Assembly (NCBI GenBank): GCA_951406725.2
Contig: OX597814.1
Location: 59,210,001-59,274,000 of the forward strand
DNA length: 64,000 nucleotides
DNA from: Octopus vulgaris
Lineage: Eukaryota
Reading direction: 5' to 3'
The notes below the pieces were generated by a model. The model was given only the letters and a program-made list of their open reading frames with translations, made no database searches and was not told the DNA's origin. Below are positions 12,401-28,949 of this stretch, one piece after another. Each line of letters opens with the position of its first letter. The stretch's first letter is position 1. Made by a program: the position numbers and the translations under genes.

Positions 12401-15400
12401 CGATCCATTCTGGTGATATTTGAGGTTTGTACTATTGTGGATAGAGCTGTCAGGGATCATACAGGTTTCCGCAAAAGTATCACCTCTTCTCGGTTCAATC
12501 GACTGGGAACGCACCCAGTCTCTTTCCAGTAGTAGTATACGTCTGCTAAGAAAGGCAAGGAAATATCTCACAGCTAGAAATGTAATTCAAATGTATCGGT
12601 CTATATTCTATGCATCGGTTCAATGCATCTGCCACTTCAATTCACTGAAATCGGATTCTCGCAACGGCCATCCTCCTGTGTGATATCCGTCAAATATCCG
12701 AAGTAGACCTCAAAGACCGCTGCTTCAGTTCTTCTGCTCCTCAAAATTTGCGATTCGGCGAATTGCTGCGAAGCACCCAGCGTATCTACTTAGAATCGGG
12801 AAAGAAAACAACGCCACTGACAAATTTCTAGCTTACTTGCCACGATGTGCCTCTGACACAAAGACCTAAACGATTGTTTTTGAGTATTCATGTTTTCGTG
12901 CAAGCATCATTGCTCAGAGGATCCAATTCGAAGAAATAGAGAAGGTAAATGTCCGCTGCTTGAACATTGATTGCTATTTCTCTTCTAAGCTACTGATTTA
13001 TCTGTGTTTAATTGTCCCTTTTTTATATCAGTCTGATTCTGACAGAAACCCACTGCATGTGTTTTCATCATTGCTCGCTGACTTCAATTCCTGCCTAATT
13101 ATTATATTAATGCAATCACTGAAAATGCTCTGCATATAGGAGGATGGTTTCATTTTCCAGTAACTGGATCCTTGGACATCCTCCTTTTCTAGGTGACTCT
13201 GCATGTCCCAGACTAATAGTCTGAAACATCAATAATCTGAGACTGATGATAACTTATACTACTTCTATCTGCTAGCCTGTTGGAAAGTCTATCAGTCTAG
13301 AACATAGATAACTCACTGTAAATTGATTAAGATTATACTAGCATTTCAGAGCCATGGAGGCGAATATTTTCAGTGAGTTGGAAATGCCAAAGAACGTTTC
13401 TTAGGGTTTTTTTACCTCGCCCTCCCATCAGTCACTGCCGTCTAATGTTTGCGTGCGTCCAAGATCTCTTTCTAGTCGTCCGCTAATACAACTGAGCTAT
13501 TTCCAGGAAAGTCACTAGACGTGTAATTATATATGGCCGTGTAGCTCCTGTCGGAGCAGGTGCAGCTTCTGCTTAGGAGACTTCAAGAAAGGAAAATGAA
13601 GAACTTCAACAAAATGTTTGAGTAACAGAGATAATACAATAATGACAAGCGTAGTTTTATAAATAAATGGATAAAAGGCACAAAGGGTTAGAGAAGGTGA
13701 GCGGGAGAGGAAAAGAGAGCAAGAGGGAGAGATTGGGAGGGAAAGGGAGATAGAATGAGAGAGAGAGGATATAAAAGAAAATATGAGAGACAGCTATATA
13801 GGGATAGGGAAAACTGAACATTTTCAGAAGATAAATACTCTTGTATAAGTATATAGATATTTATATATTTACTAAATATATATTCAACTGGCGTGCAAAA
13901 AATAGAGAAAACTAAGCGGGGTGAAAGCATGATATTTCAACTCCGATTGCTCTTTCTAAGGGCTCGGAAGTACATAATAGCTGTAATGTTCATAATAAGA
14001 TGGAGTGTGCAAAAAGTCCTGTAGATGCAGCCAATAGAATATACATATAAATATTACCGTAAAACCGGCCTCTCTCAGGTTGGAAAAATCGGTAAATTAA
14101 CAGTTTGAGAGAATTTAAGAGTAGTATTGAAGAAAAGCAAACTAAATGAAAGCAATTAGAAAAAGAATGTTAGTGGTTCAGGTCGGGAGGGAATGTTGAA
14201 GCCGAAGAAAGGCAAAGAGCGATAGTAGAAACAGAGCAGAAAGCAGGTGAAGGTGAAGGACCAAAGGATTCAGTAGAAGTAGAAGTCGTGTGTCAATAGG
14301 TGAGTAGAATGTTTAGTATTTTGAACGTAGGTGTTGTTGTTGGACATGTAGACAGAGAGTTTGTTAATCAGGGATTGTAAAAGCCGTAGTTTTGGCTAAA
14401 TCGTAATCTTTTCTCCCCAACATTACATGTCATAAAAATAAATACCATCATCTAGTTAGAAGCAAACATTTCTACCCCGTTCACTAAATACGTATTATTA
14501 TTTTTTCCTATTACAAGTCCTATTACAAGTCACTATTTTTTCCTATTACAAGTCACTAAATATCACATATTATCTTGAGAATGTACTATGATGTGCAATT
14601 GTTAGCTCAATATCAAAAGAAAAGTAGGTGAATAGCTTTTACTACACAAATTTACACGATATTTGATTTTTTTTCTTTCTTTTTGCGTAGATAAAACCCA
14701 GTTGTAACCCCAGGAAAATGTAAGTCATGAAGAAGTTGTATATTTTTCTACAGCTCAAAACTATGAACTGTTAAACTGAAATACGTTGCCATTTACAATT
14801 TGTTTAATAGTTTTTGCTATCAAGAACTATTTAACTCTGGAGGTAACATATTTTCTCAGAAGTATAAAATATTTTGTCCTTAAACTCGTTAGTGAATCAC
14901 ATATATTGGTGAGCAGCGTGGCATGACAAAACTGAAAGTTCATTATTGATTCAAAAGAGAACTGGTTTCTGCTCTACTGAAATACTGTGCATACCACACG
15001 GTGGCTTTAGTTTGTGATAATTAGATATCATTCTTACTATCGCTTAACAATTTCATTTATTATTCAATGCTATATCAGTGCATGTTATTTCAATAATTTC
15101 ATTTTAATTGTTGCTTTTGATCTTATTTAGGTCATTTTGAATCTAGTATTTGTTCTCTCTTTATAGAATATGAATATATTGAATTCTATTTGATTACACA
15201 ATTGTGATATATAGAATTAGAACCTCTTAGACATTTGAAATATGCAGGTTCATATTTTTTTCTTTTACAGATTGTTTATGCATTTCACCGTCTAACTTCT
15301 TCAAAAATTATGCTATTCTCATTATTCATTCTGAACTATTCATTTTTTGTCTACTTTCACAGAACAACCGAGAGTTTCTTTATGTGCCTTGCAGCACACT

Positions 15401-16441
15401 GAGCTTTCAGTTTGCTTTTACTTTTGTATTTTTTTATACTATTGTAATATTTACGTAAAATATGTGCAATTGTTACAAATGTTGTTTTCTGTGTTGTCTA
15501 TTGTGTATATGTGTAATTCCCGAGGCTGTGAATATATATTCCTCTGCATCTACGTTGTCATCATTCAAGAGACACACATTACTACGCAGAGTGTTTCTGT
15601 CTTCAATTCCCATATTGTAGGTTATCACTATTTCAATGATATTTTACTTGGAAATCAAATGTATTAACAACTATCAATTCCAAACAGATATGATGCTGAA
15701 CATTACAAGTATGATATCATCTGGAGAGAAAGAGAAAGTGAATCACTCACCGGATCACGACTAGGTACCAAACGTTTGGATGGTGCCCATATTATTAAAG
15801 CATGTTGACTAATCGATCAACCCCAAGTTCCATAATTCAACTAATTTTCTTTTCTACTAAAGTACTTGTAGATAATTTCATACAATAAAAAAGAATATCT
15901 TAAGGTATGCGATAGCTTATTCGATATCTCATGTTAATTTTATTTTTATTTATTTATTATTTATTACGTTAAAATTCTGTACCTGTTCAGGAAAGTCTCT
16001 AACTAAAGATGAGTTAGCTACACAGGTCATGCATGTATAAGTGCAGGACTTTCATCGGACATTGTTTCTTTATCCCCCTCAATTTTGTTTCCTAAATTGC
16101 CTCTGAATTAGCTTCTGTTTACACGATGAGGCACCGCCTAGAAGATCTTCATTTGAACGAATCAACTTATATTCTTTTAAAGCCTGGTACTTAATCCGTC
16201 GGTCTCTTTTGGACTAAGCGGAGCAGGAGAACACACGTGAACGGAAAGGGCCAATGAAGAGGTCACAGATGACGGAAGATTTCTGGACAATGGAAAAATA
16301 AGTACAGTAACAAACGAGTGGAAAGCGAATATATACATACATAGTGCATGTGTTTATTTGGCAAAACAGAAAGTGACCATCTCGAAATACAACACTATAT
16401 GTAACAACACACACATACACACATATATATAGCATACAACT

Positions 16442-16492
<51 letters not shown>

Positions 16493-16522
16493 TATATTAT
16501 ATTATATTATATTTGATTACAC

Positions 16523-17287
16523 ATACAGATTATAGTAGGGTCAGTTGTGAGAAAAAAACAGTACCATGACGCAATTCAGTCTACCAGAAATTTGGAAGTG
16601 ACATGATGTACTGCTTGACGTTCGCGCCGTAAGGTCCAATACGAACATTTCAGAGTCCTTGGGTGAAAATCAGAGGACAGTACAGAGGAATTGGAACGAG
16701 TTGGATGACTCTAATGGTGATTACGAAGGGGTTTGGAGTTATTGCTAGTGATGGCGACTTTATGCCTACATTCATCTTTCACAGGGCCTCAGACGCAACA
16801 CGGATGCCTATATCAGGTGCCTGGAGGAGGTAGTGCTACCCTGGATCAAGAGGGTGGCTGCTGGAAGACCCTATGTCACAAAGTAGGAGAAACCAATCAT
16901 GGCTGTCACACAATTTCTGCGACCAAATCACCCTTAACATCTGCCTACCTATCTCCCTAGACTGCACCCCACTAGATTATTATATGTGGGGCGCAGTTGA
17001 GCGAGGAACCAACAAAACTTCTTTTAACACCAAAGACGAACTGATAGCAAGGATTATGGCTGCATCCACCAACTTAAACAAGGAGACCGTCCAGAAGGGT
17101 TGCAGGAGATTCCGGAGTCGTCTGGAGACCGTGGTTGAAGCAAATGGCGATTTTATTGAATGAAGTTACAGTTTAGTATTTCTAATATATTTTAATGTAA
17201 TTTTGGTAAATATATTTGTTAAAATGAGATGTCAGTGTTATTTTCATTTTTCCGTAATTTAGACGATAATTTATTCACCGCACCCTG
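16523..17287 (+). mobile_element. Internally deleted Tc1/mariner-superfamily (maT/DD37D-like) transposon
   Basis: C-terminal ORF 16873-17163 ...SLDCTPLDYYMWGAVER...CRRFRSRLETVVEANGDFIE; 3' end ttattcaccgcaccctg is TIR-like; 5' TIR not found. Confidence 0.8.
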
Positions 17288-17889
17288 AACAATTTTACAT
17301 TAATCGGATAGATTGCTTTTGATGTGTACAGATTTATTATTTTAATACGAATAGTTGTTGACAGTGGCTTCGAAGTTTCGATCAGCTAAGCCATCGTCGA
17401 ACAGTGGATTAGCTCATCGAAACAGGCAATATATTCAAAAATAATATTTGTACCTACACCGAAATTAATGTACATGTATGATTGTTTGGCAATATAGGTT
17501 TTAGAGGTGTGCCGATGCATTTCCTTAAAACTTAGCAAATAGTGTGCCCTTTCTTCTCAGGATACAATTTGATTTGTATACAACAATAGGAGTAGAGAGA
17601 ACCAATTTATATTGCAGCAAATCTTGACAGCGTGAAATAGTATCAACACAGTTTGCATTGTAAATCATAGGGTCAGCATTCACCCCAAGTTTCACAATAC
17701 ATATATAGATATGCAAACGTAAACAGTAGAGTCATCCATATGAATGTATGTTTGATTGCTTGTCTCCTATACCATTTGTATTTAAAACTAGAAGACTTCA
17801 GTATGTTGATCATAAGAGTTATTGGTGGGTATAGAAACATCAGACATGAAGTAGGAGAATAGTTTTATTCTAAAATAGATGATTCCTTC

Positions 17890-18110
17890 ATATTTGCCAC
17901 TTACTTGTTTCAGTCACCGGATTGCAGCTTTGCAGGGGCACCCTTCTGAACGTTACTTTTTACAATGGAAGTTATCAACGCCAGTTCTTAATTTATACAG
18001 TCTGGTCCTCATGCAAATGAAATATTTTGTTGAACAGATATGTTACGAGGACGTAATGAAATGAACACCGTTTGTCCAGCAGTTGTGTGGGACAAATACA
18101 AATACAAAGA
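17890..18110 (-). mobile_element. Old 3' half of SINE family A
   Basis: ttacttgtttcagtc...gcaggggcaccc...gggacaaataca matches the family A tail. Confidence 0.55.
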
Positions 18111-18158
18111 TACACACACGCGCACACACGCGCACACACACACATATATATGTATATA

Positions 18159-19079
18159 CAGTGTGTTCCGAAATTATAGCAACCGATGTTTCGAGCTTTT
18201 ATAACTCTCAATAAATGTGAGAAGATATGAAAATTATATGTCATTATAAAAACTTAGTTTGTCTTCTTTTTGGTTCAGATCCAATAAATTTAGATTTATA
18301 AATTACATGATGGCTATACACCTAAATACAATCATAACTCCCTACAAATGAGGCGAAAGTAATACAGCTACAATAGAAAACAGCTTAAGATTAACAGAAC
18401 AACAATCTGGAGAATTATCGAGATATCTCAAAAGACTGGTTCCACTGCGTATCGACCTGTATGTGGCAGAAAAAGAAGTGTGATATCCCGTCAACTTATC
18501 AAAATACCAGAGAAAAGATATTGCGAAATCCTCGTCAGAAAAATGTTTGCATCAGCAAAAATGAACATCCAGTGATACATTGATGACATTATGGAAGCTG
18601 AACCGCTTCCGTTGGCGGACGGGCACTTTCAAAGCACATTTGGAGCCTCCGACAGGACTCAGCATCATCTCACAGCTCCAATTAGACACAAAACTGGAGA
18701 AAGAAAAAGAGCTAGCCTTTCATATTGAAGGATATATGACCCTCAAGAATCCCCAATCTCAATCCGTTGAATTTTCTGTTTCGTCCATTCTGGAGAAGAA
18801 AGTCTCGAGCACTGCTTATGCTTCTCTCGACGCTCTGAAAGCAAAACTGATAAGAAATGGTCTTCGATTTCGCAAGAACAGCTGCGTGCCGCGTGTGAAG
18901 CATTCACACGTAGACTTGATTCGAAAGAGAGGTTGTCATATGAAGTATATGTGGTAGTATCATATCTGTGCTTTCTTTATCATTGCACTGCAACGCTCGG
19001 ACCTGAAATATAAGAATTTTTTGCTTTGACAAGTTATGTTTTGTTTTGCAAGCTGGCTGCTTTAATTTTGGAACAGCTG
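18159..19079 (+). mobile_element. Internally deleted Tc1/maT-like transposon with both TIRs
   Basis: Left TA|cagtgtgttccgaaattatagcaacc versus right ggctgctttaattttggaacagctg|TA; remnants GRKRSV, SILEKKVSSTAYASLDALKAKL and a degenerate WPPQSPDLNP motif. Confidence 0.85.
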
Positions 19080-19789
19080 TATATAGATATCTAGGTAAGA
19101 TCCAACGATCAAGGTCTATGAAGTTAGTGATTTTTAAGCAGTCGGTAATAGATATAAAATCAACTTTCAAGAAGAACAAATGGTTGTTGGCACAGAAAAT
19201 ATTAAATTTTTCCCGAATCGAAGTACGATAAGCTGAAAAAAGGTTATTTTATAGTTCACGGCTAGAAACGGGTGCTGATGTATATGCGAATAAATATCCA
19301 AAGATTAGGAAATAGAGTAGATAAAATCCAAGCTACATATGTTTCATAGCTAGCGGAACCTCGGAATTAGTAATTATCCAAACGAGGGGTAGATAGCTAT
19401 GTATCTTCGGCCTGAAGATGCAATGACTCCTCGACCGCACTTCCGAGTAGTACCATTTTAACTATACTTTTACACTATTTTAAAATCTAAAGTTTATCCG
19501 CATAATCATCTTAGTTAATTCAAAGCGGTTTCAAGTTTTCAAATTCCACCACAGTTGAGAAAGGTTTACATCATCCTCAAACTCTTGGAACTCTTATGTT
19601 ATCCTCTTCTATACCTCTAATTACTGACGTCATCTTCCCGATTTTTTCTTCGATGGCTGCGCTCGTCCAATAGTGTATAATATATAGTCTATGTTTATAA
19701 TTGTTCTGTGTTTCTTGTCTGTCTGCTTGTGAGCCTGCTTGCATGGATTATATTAGTGAATCTGTACTGTCAGAATGTGTTCATGTATA

Positions 19790-20710
19790 CCTAACTGAAG
19801 TGTAGGTGAATGCTAGTGAATATCTTATTGAAGTTACTGGACTGAGTGAACGTGATGGTGTATATTTTGTTGGGAATTCTGGGCTGCCTGTGAAATTCTT
19901 GTGTGTTTGTTGCTGTGTGGGCCTTGTATGCATCACTCAGTTCGTTTTTCTGTTTCTTAGAATTCTTTGGGAGTGGGCAGTTCTTTCCTCCTCCTGTTCT
20001 GTGTTTCTCGGATTTCATCTGTATCTACCTCCTTTGTACCTTTCTTCAGCTTCTCGTTGCTACTGCTTCCCTCTTGTCTCGCCGCCATTAATGTCTGGCT
20101 ATCACGAAGAGACAATTTGCTTTAATATGGCTCTTCCCTCTGCAATGGTAGCATGTGGGAGGTCTTCCTTTCATTACCACACATATTCGTGTGTGGTGGC
20201 TTGAATTATGACTTCTAGGCCATATCCCCAGCAATTTAACTGCTTAGTACGGCTCACCTGCAGCCCTTGAGTGTCATCTCTGGTGTTCATCATGATAACT
20301 GCTAGCAGCCACATGTCGTTGATCTCTGGGGACACCCTGCCAATTCTCATTCTTGCCACTCGCTTTCCGAGATAAGTTGGCAGTAGTGCCCATTTTTCTG
20401 ATTTCAAGGTCACAGTGGAGTGCTTTGCTGTCTCCTCCAAAGTTGGGAAGCGCACCTCCACTGTGCCAAACTTCCTTCCCCTACAATAGAATTCTATATT
20501 ACTTATTTCTTTTAAGCATTCTTCCATTTCGGCCACAGTTTTTACCATGCGTTTCTGTCATGTTTCTTTCTACTCCATTTTCACCAGTTTATTTTAACTG
20601 TTCTTCATTTTCTATCTGCCTTAGAGTTTCTGTCGTTTGTTTTCTTTTAATTAAATTTAGAGTAGTAGTTTGGAACAATTACCAAATTTTCTTTGTGACT
20701 GCATGAGAAT
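19790..20710 (-). pseudogene. ORF1 (gag-like) fragment of an L1/Tx1-type LINE
   Basis: ORF 20174-20548 (RGRKFGTVEVRF...LLPTYLGKR) followed by a CYHCRGKSHIKANC zinc knuckle in a shifted frame; homologous to the ORF1 region at 47270-47490. Confidence 0.7.
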
Positions 20711-21719
20711 ATTTTGTTCGAATATGTTGATATTTAACTACCTACCGTGGATGAAATGTTGGTTATGCTAACACAACATTAGAATATTCTCTTGCCATTC
20801 ACATTTCTATAGGTTCACATATTGTTTTACCTTCTGAATATCTATAGAATGGTGAAATTTCAGCTTCCGTATAATCTGCACACTATGATATTCTGAATTA
20901 CATTTCTGACTTATCAGTTTGATACTGTGTATATTAATTTCTGTCCGTTTTCTAAAGGTCATTTCATTCTCCCTGCTAAACCGTCTGGGTGAGTCGGTTT
21001 TGCAACATGTATCTTTAACTCAACCTCCAAAAAGGTGTAGTTTAAAGTTGATAGCCTAATTCACTGTTAATAACCTAACTTCTGTTCTCACCAAATCATA
21101 GGTACGATGTGTACAACAATATTAAGGACAAATGTACTCTCAACATATGCTATGCCTGTAGATACCCCAATTAGGACTACAGTTTATAGTCATGGTGTGA
21201 TTTCACAAAGTCAGGAATATTATATCTAATTTGTAAATACTTGATCATTATGTAATCGAAGAATCTAATAAGGCCAATTTGTTCTTCGCTCCGAAAAGTC
21301 AACGACAAACAAAATTAAAAAGTAAGTGCATTAGGTTGTGACGAACAGAGGCAGATGTTGAAGACTCCGAAATTTTTGTCGGTAAAGAGGAGAAATTTAA
21401 ATTTTCTACCAAATATAAGTCACTGTGTTTCATAGAAGGAGCGTGGTAATTAATAACACAAGTGAAGTGGGTATATGTATCTATTTATGTATCTAGAGTA
21501 AAGTACCATTAAGTATTCGATAAAATAAATAGTACTGAAATAATTACTGGATTTAATAAATTGTTTCAGCTCTTTCAAGAAATGACATCTAGGTCTTATG
21601 GTAAATAACGTTATCATTTATATGTAGGAAGTGGCACCTCCGTTGTAACATTAGCTTGAAAATATATCATAATGGAACAATTCCATATGTATTTTACAAT
21701 TCATATGTGCATCATTTAA

Positions 21720-22150
<431 letters not shown>

Positions 22151-23685
22151 TTAATTGCTACTGGGATCGACGATACCTTTCTCAATTCCGGTGTTGATGT
22201 GATAAGAATCAATCATGTAGTGTGTTTGATTAATCGACTATGGCCTCGCGATGATATTAGATATCATTAATATTCGGAACAGTCATTATCATCATCATTC
22301 TCGGGAATAGGGTCAGAGTCATTATTTTCCGTAATGCAATGGCTTAAGCGGCAGAAAAGAAAAAAATGTGCAGAACTATAACAGTCCATTACAGCTCGAT
22401 CGTTTTCAGTTATCGGACATCAGCATTAATGGCATTTGTAGAGATATCTTTCACTAAAGTGAGGAAAATCCATGCATTTAAATCATTGATATTATAGGTG
22501 AAGAAAAATGTCTCATTGAGGAGAATAGAAATAAAACCATTGGTGAACTTTCTTTTATTTTGCTTATTTAGAATATTATGATATTGGAGCAAAATTAAAT
22601 AAATACATTTTCAATAATAGATATTGTGGATAAATATTCTGGTTTGTGTTATTTTCTTTTTCTCTGTTGTGTTACATGTGTATCAGATTTATTTTATTCC
22701 TTTAGCAATTAATGAAGCAGAACAATGAATACGCTGAACTAAAATCGGTGTTCATGATGTTGTCTTCGCTGAAGTGCTTTTTATAGCCTCAGTTCATCTG
22801 TAACTGAGCATAACTACGAATTAGGGCTTCTAGTCCTAAATATGCGGTCGTTTTATTAAGACAGTGAATATCTTCAATAAAATTATCTAATGCTGCAATC
22901 CTTTTTAAAAAATCAATTCTTTCGTATAGGAAAGATATTGTTGCTCTTTTTAATCCTAATGGACCAAGCGACCGAGTAATTCCTCGTTATCCCCCATTAC
23001 TCACGTCTTCCAGCAGAGCAAAGTTGGCAGAGGATCTTAAATTTATGAGTCTTTATATAGAAATTACGTTAACAATTCGATGGCTTACCATAGCACACTA
23101 CAATGATTTCAAAGAAGGTTAAACAATTTCATCAAAAGCAACAGACTTGAAAGGTATTAAAAGGTCATAGTCAGTCTTCCCTCGCCTTTGAATATCTAAT
23201 CAAACTCTTTACCTCATTCACGATACTAAATAGACTTCAAATATACATTTTCCACTTGAGATTAAATAGATTTTCGCCACGTAAATAGATTTTCGACATG
23301 CAGCATATTAAAAGATGTGAAACGGATTCTATGAATGCATTAGGGACAAATATTAATAGCGGCCGGTCATATAATCATCAGTGATGTGTATTGAGAAACT
23401 ATTAAATCTTCAACTGAACAAAGATTATATGGTACTTAACACAGTAACAGAATATCTTAACATTTTATACTTGTTCAAGTCCTTTCCTACAATAATGACA
23501 TTTACAGTTTCTCTATGAGATATGAAATTATACTCGTTCACACAAATTCTTAAAAAATACGCTAACCCACAAAAATGCATGTACAAATATGTAGCTGCCT
23601 ATGCAAATGAAATTCTAATTATATGAAGTTCTAAGCGCAAAAAATATTGATTCGTTATCTGAATCTATTGCAAAATAATTACAAA

Positions 23686-23803
23686 ATTTTGCCTTTCGTC
23701 CTTTCGGGGTCGATAAATTAAGTACCAGTTGCGTACTGTTTATGATCTGATCGACTGGACCCTTTCCCCAATATTTCGGGCCTTGTGCCTTGAGTAGAAA
23801 AGA
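23686..23803 (+). mobile_element. SINE family C 3' half, well preserved
   Basis: ttgcctttcgtcctttcggggtcgataaattaagtaccagttgcgtactg...gggccttgtgcc...gtagaaaag. Confidence 0.75.
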
Positions 23804-25182
23804 ACAATTAGAGAACTCTGATCGAGATCCAACAACGATACGACAGGTATGCTTCGTTCTTATTAGAAAGCTTAAGTGAAGTAAATTCTGCGTAATTTCT
23901 TAGGGCAAATGGAAATCAGTATACATGGACACAGAATACATACTGACACTGATCCTATAAATCAGTAATGTTGAGTATACTTACGATTAATTAATATCCA
24001 AATGTATCATATTTTATAAGCAGCATGAAAACGCACTATACGCGTGCGTCATCATACGTGCGAGTACGCGATAGCGCGCACGCATAAATGCACATATGCA
24101 TACATACATACATATATACATACATACATACATATCTATGAGTAAATATTGATAACTTGCCATGAAATTGTCAAAATGAACGAAAAGCTGCTACTCCTCC
24201 GTCCCAGACTGGTCAACAGAAGAAGGTATTGCTTAATTTATGCTGTGACGATGTCGCTATGTAAGTATATTTTGATCGAAGATTAGGTGAAGAATGAAGA
24301 CTTTAATTCTTGAAGTTCCGAGCATCAAAATTAGCAAATAAATAAAAAATTCTCTACTGTTTTAAAACATTACTGAATGTTCCATAATTTGTTCATGAAC
24401 AAAGAAAATTTCCTCCCTCCAGTAAAACGGTGGAACCAGATATTGATATATTCCTGTCTGTATCAGAAAGGTGGCTTTGTAGGTTATATAGCTCTGGACA
24501 TGGAAAATCTAGCTCGTGTACGTTGCTAAATGACATATGCACATCATAAAGCACATCACAAAACTAAAGTGTTAGAAAGTTTGGTCATGTAATCCGGTAA
24601 AATGATTAGAGTTTTGTTATTTATACTTAATGCCAGGTTATCTAAGTTTCAGGAAACCACAGATGAAGCCAATCCATGAGTGGATATTATGCCTTCTCTT
24701 CAGTTAATTCGTATTTCTAGCATCGTATGTATAGATGTCCGCCCTTTTTGAACATTTTCAGGTGTAGTAGTGGGATTTTACTTACAACAGTAACTAACCT
24801 CTTGCAAGGAGAATACACAAATATCCTCTTCGTTGGCTCAGAAGTGATATATGATTTATTCTAGTGTGAGTTAAATAAATGAGTGTTAATGACGTTGCTT
24901 TTTAAATTGTTTCCAAGCAGCTTGAGCATTGATGATTATATCATTAGCAAGACATCAGTTATACGAATGCTGTCTCAAAGAAAATGCTACCAATAAATAC
25001 CTACTATATATATAAAGCAGAAACAAAATCATATTTTCGAAAATATGAAAGCATAGAAATACTTCATTTCTGGAAGAACTGTAAGAAAAGAGTTAATAAA
25101 TAGAAAAGTTGTTTACTTAATAATATACACTGGTCCGACATAGATACACACATATATATGTGAATGTCTGTAGGTCCATATG

Positions 25183-26462
<1,280 letters not shown>

Positions 26463-26769
26463 CCATGTCACATTTGTCAGTAAAATATAGACCTGGTAGG
26501 CAATGACACTTTAAGTCAGCAATCGTTTTAGCTCATGATACTGCTGCTGAAAATTTATATTCAATGTAACTGTTATTAGGTATGTAACAGAATCATGGAA
26601 TGTAATTTAAGTATCCTGTACATTTTGGCTGATGAGAGAGCAGTTTTTGATTTTTGTATTGCAGATTACTGTACGTATTTTTGCTTGTGCGTGTTTATAC
26701 ATATTGAGAGACAGAGACAGAGTGTGTGTGAGAGAGAGAAGGAAAGAGAGAAAGCTACAGGGAAATGCT

Positions 26770-27136
<367 letters not shown>

Positions 27137-28043
27137 GCAAAGAAGATTATTGGGTAAGGAGGGGACAAAGAAAGAAATACCATTGTGAAATGAGAAAAGT
27201 AAATGACATGGCATACAAACTATAGAAATCTAAAATTAAATAACAAAAATCCAGGAATGAGTACAATGAAGGTAAACACACCAACGATAGCAATAAGCTT
27301 GAGCTAAATATACTTGCTTGTTACCAAAAACAAACGCAATGGTTAGACTTCAATTCCTTTAATCGTTAATGTTAAAAATCGACCTGGTAATTTATTAACT
27401 AGTTGGTTCTTTTTTTACTGGACTAATGCTTCGAATTATCAATCAGTTCGATATTTAATGGCCTTGCAGTGCCCAACTTTAACAGGGATATATCTTTGCT
27501 CCGAGTCTATGATTTATATAACTAGATAGAATATTTCTCACTGCTCAATGTTTTTTAATTCCGTGTGTGAATGGGTATGTTGATGGAAGTAGTTAGTGAG
27601 TGTGTTGATGGATGGAGACAGTGCGTGTGTTGCACGTAGTTGAATGTGCTTTCTTGTGTTTCTAGTATGTGCTTACGTGTGCAGGTGATGTATGTGAATA
27701 TGTGCGGCTTGCCATAACTTATTCATGTATGCTAGTCTTTCCTGTAGCAAAATTCAGGAGCTCAACGCATTTCTCCTTTATCTCTTACGTCTGTATGCGT
27801 GTGTGTGTGTGAGAGAGAGAGCGCGTGTGTGTGTGTGTGCGTGTTCGTGTGTGAACGCATATGTTGAAAAACATTTAGGTGAGAAATGGAGGAAAAGATT
27901 GAAACACTCAAGCCTGGCATAAGACACTAACACAACAAACGCCATAATGACTCTCAAACACAGACGCATACGAGTACGTACACACACGCATACTCCAACT
28001 TACAGTATGTACATATGTGTATGTTTGTATGTGTGTGTGTGTC

Positions 28044-28090
<47 letters not shown>

Positions 28091-28512
28091 ACTGAAAAAG
28101 CAACTAACACACGCAAACACGAACATTCAAATCTAAGCAAACATCATACCGCAAAAAGATATCAATACACACATTAACACTCTTATGCATTGCAGATAGA
28201 TTTTATGTAATGAGGTAAGAAATAATCTATCCATCTTTTATTTGTGAGAGACATGAAGCATAAACGCATATCATTGATAAGTACATTAATGGTGACAAAA
28301 GGATTAGAAAATAGCCAATAATCGATTAATGGAACCATTGTTCAAGCATTCGATTACATAATTCTTTCAATAATATACTGCTTGACAAATAATCCTTCGG
28401 AGAGTACTGTCTATCTGAAGTTATACAACTTGATAGGGACTCAATTAAACGGTCAAGTGTTAACAAGGTCATCACTAAGTAATTGAAAGAGTAGTAATAT
28501 TTATTCTAAGAA

Positions 28513-28585
<73 letters not shown>

Positions 28586-28586
28586 C

Positions 28587-28937
28587 ATTTCTACTAAAGG
28601 CACACGTCCTGAAATTTAGGACAAGGGTCTAGTCGATTACATTGACCCCACTGTTTAACTGGTAGTTACTTTATCGACCTCCACGGAATTTGAACCCAGA
28701 AACAAAAATGGATGAAATGCCGCTAAGCACTTGGCCGGGGTGCTAACGATACTGCCCTTAGCAGTAATAATAATAATAATAATAATAATAATTGAGGTTG
28801 AAAATTTTGCCACAAGGGCAGTAATATTAGGGGAAAGGAGGAGTCGATTACATCGACCTCAGTGTTCAACTGGTACTTATTTCACCGACCCCAAAAGCAT
28901 GAAAGGTAAACCGACCTCAGCGAAATTTGAATTCAGA
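28587..28937 (-). mobile_element. Two tandem SINE family C copies separated by (AAT)n
   Basis: ctggta.ttatttt.atcgacc...gaatttgaa motifs at about 28660-28695 and 28870-28935. Confidence 0.7.
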
Positions 28938-28949
28938 ACGAAGCGAAAA

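Noticed and set aside
13900-14450. Possible Penelope 3' UTR or terminal repeat on the minus strand (cctgagagaggccgg)
   Set aside because: No complete HHR core or protein motif could be aligned; too decayed to call.
14505-14560. Three copies of cctattacaagtc
   Set aside because: Short slippage-type tandem duplication without spacers; not CRISPR-like.
17360-17428. Back-to-back gatcgaaac motifs resembling an inverted pair of hammerheads
   Set aside because: CUGANGA box is broken (tcgacga) and stem II is poor; insufficient support.
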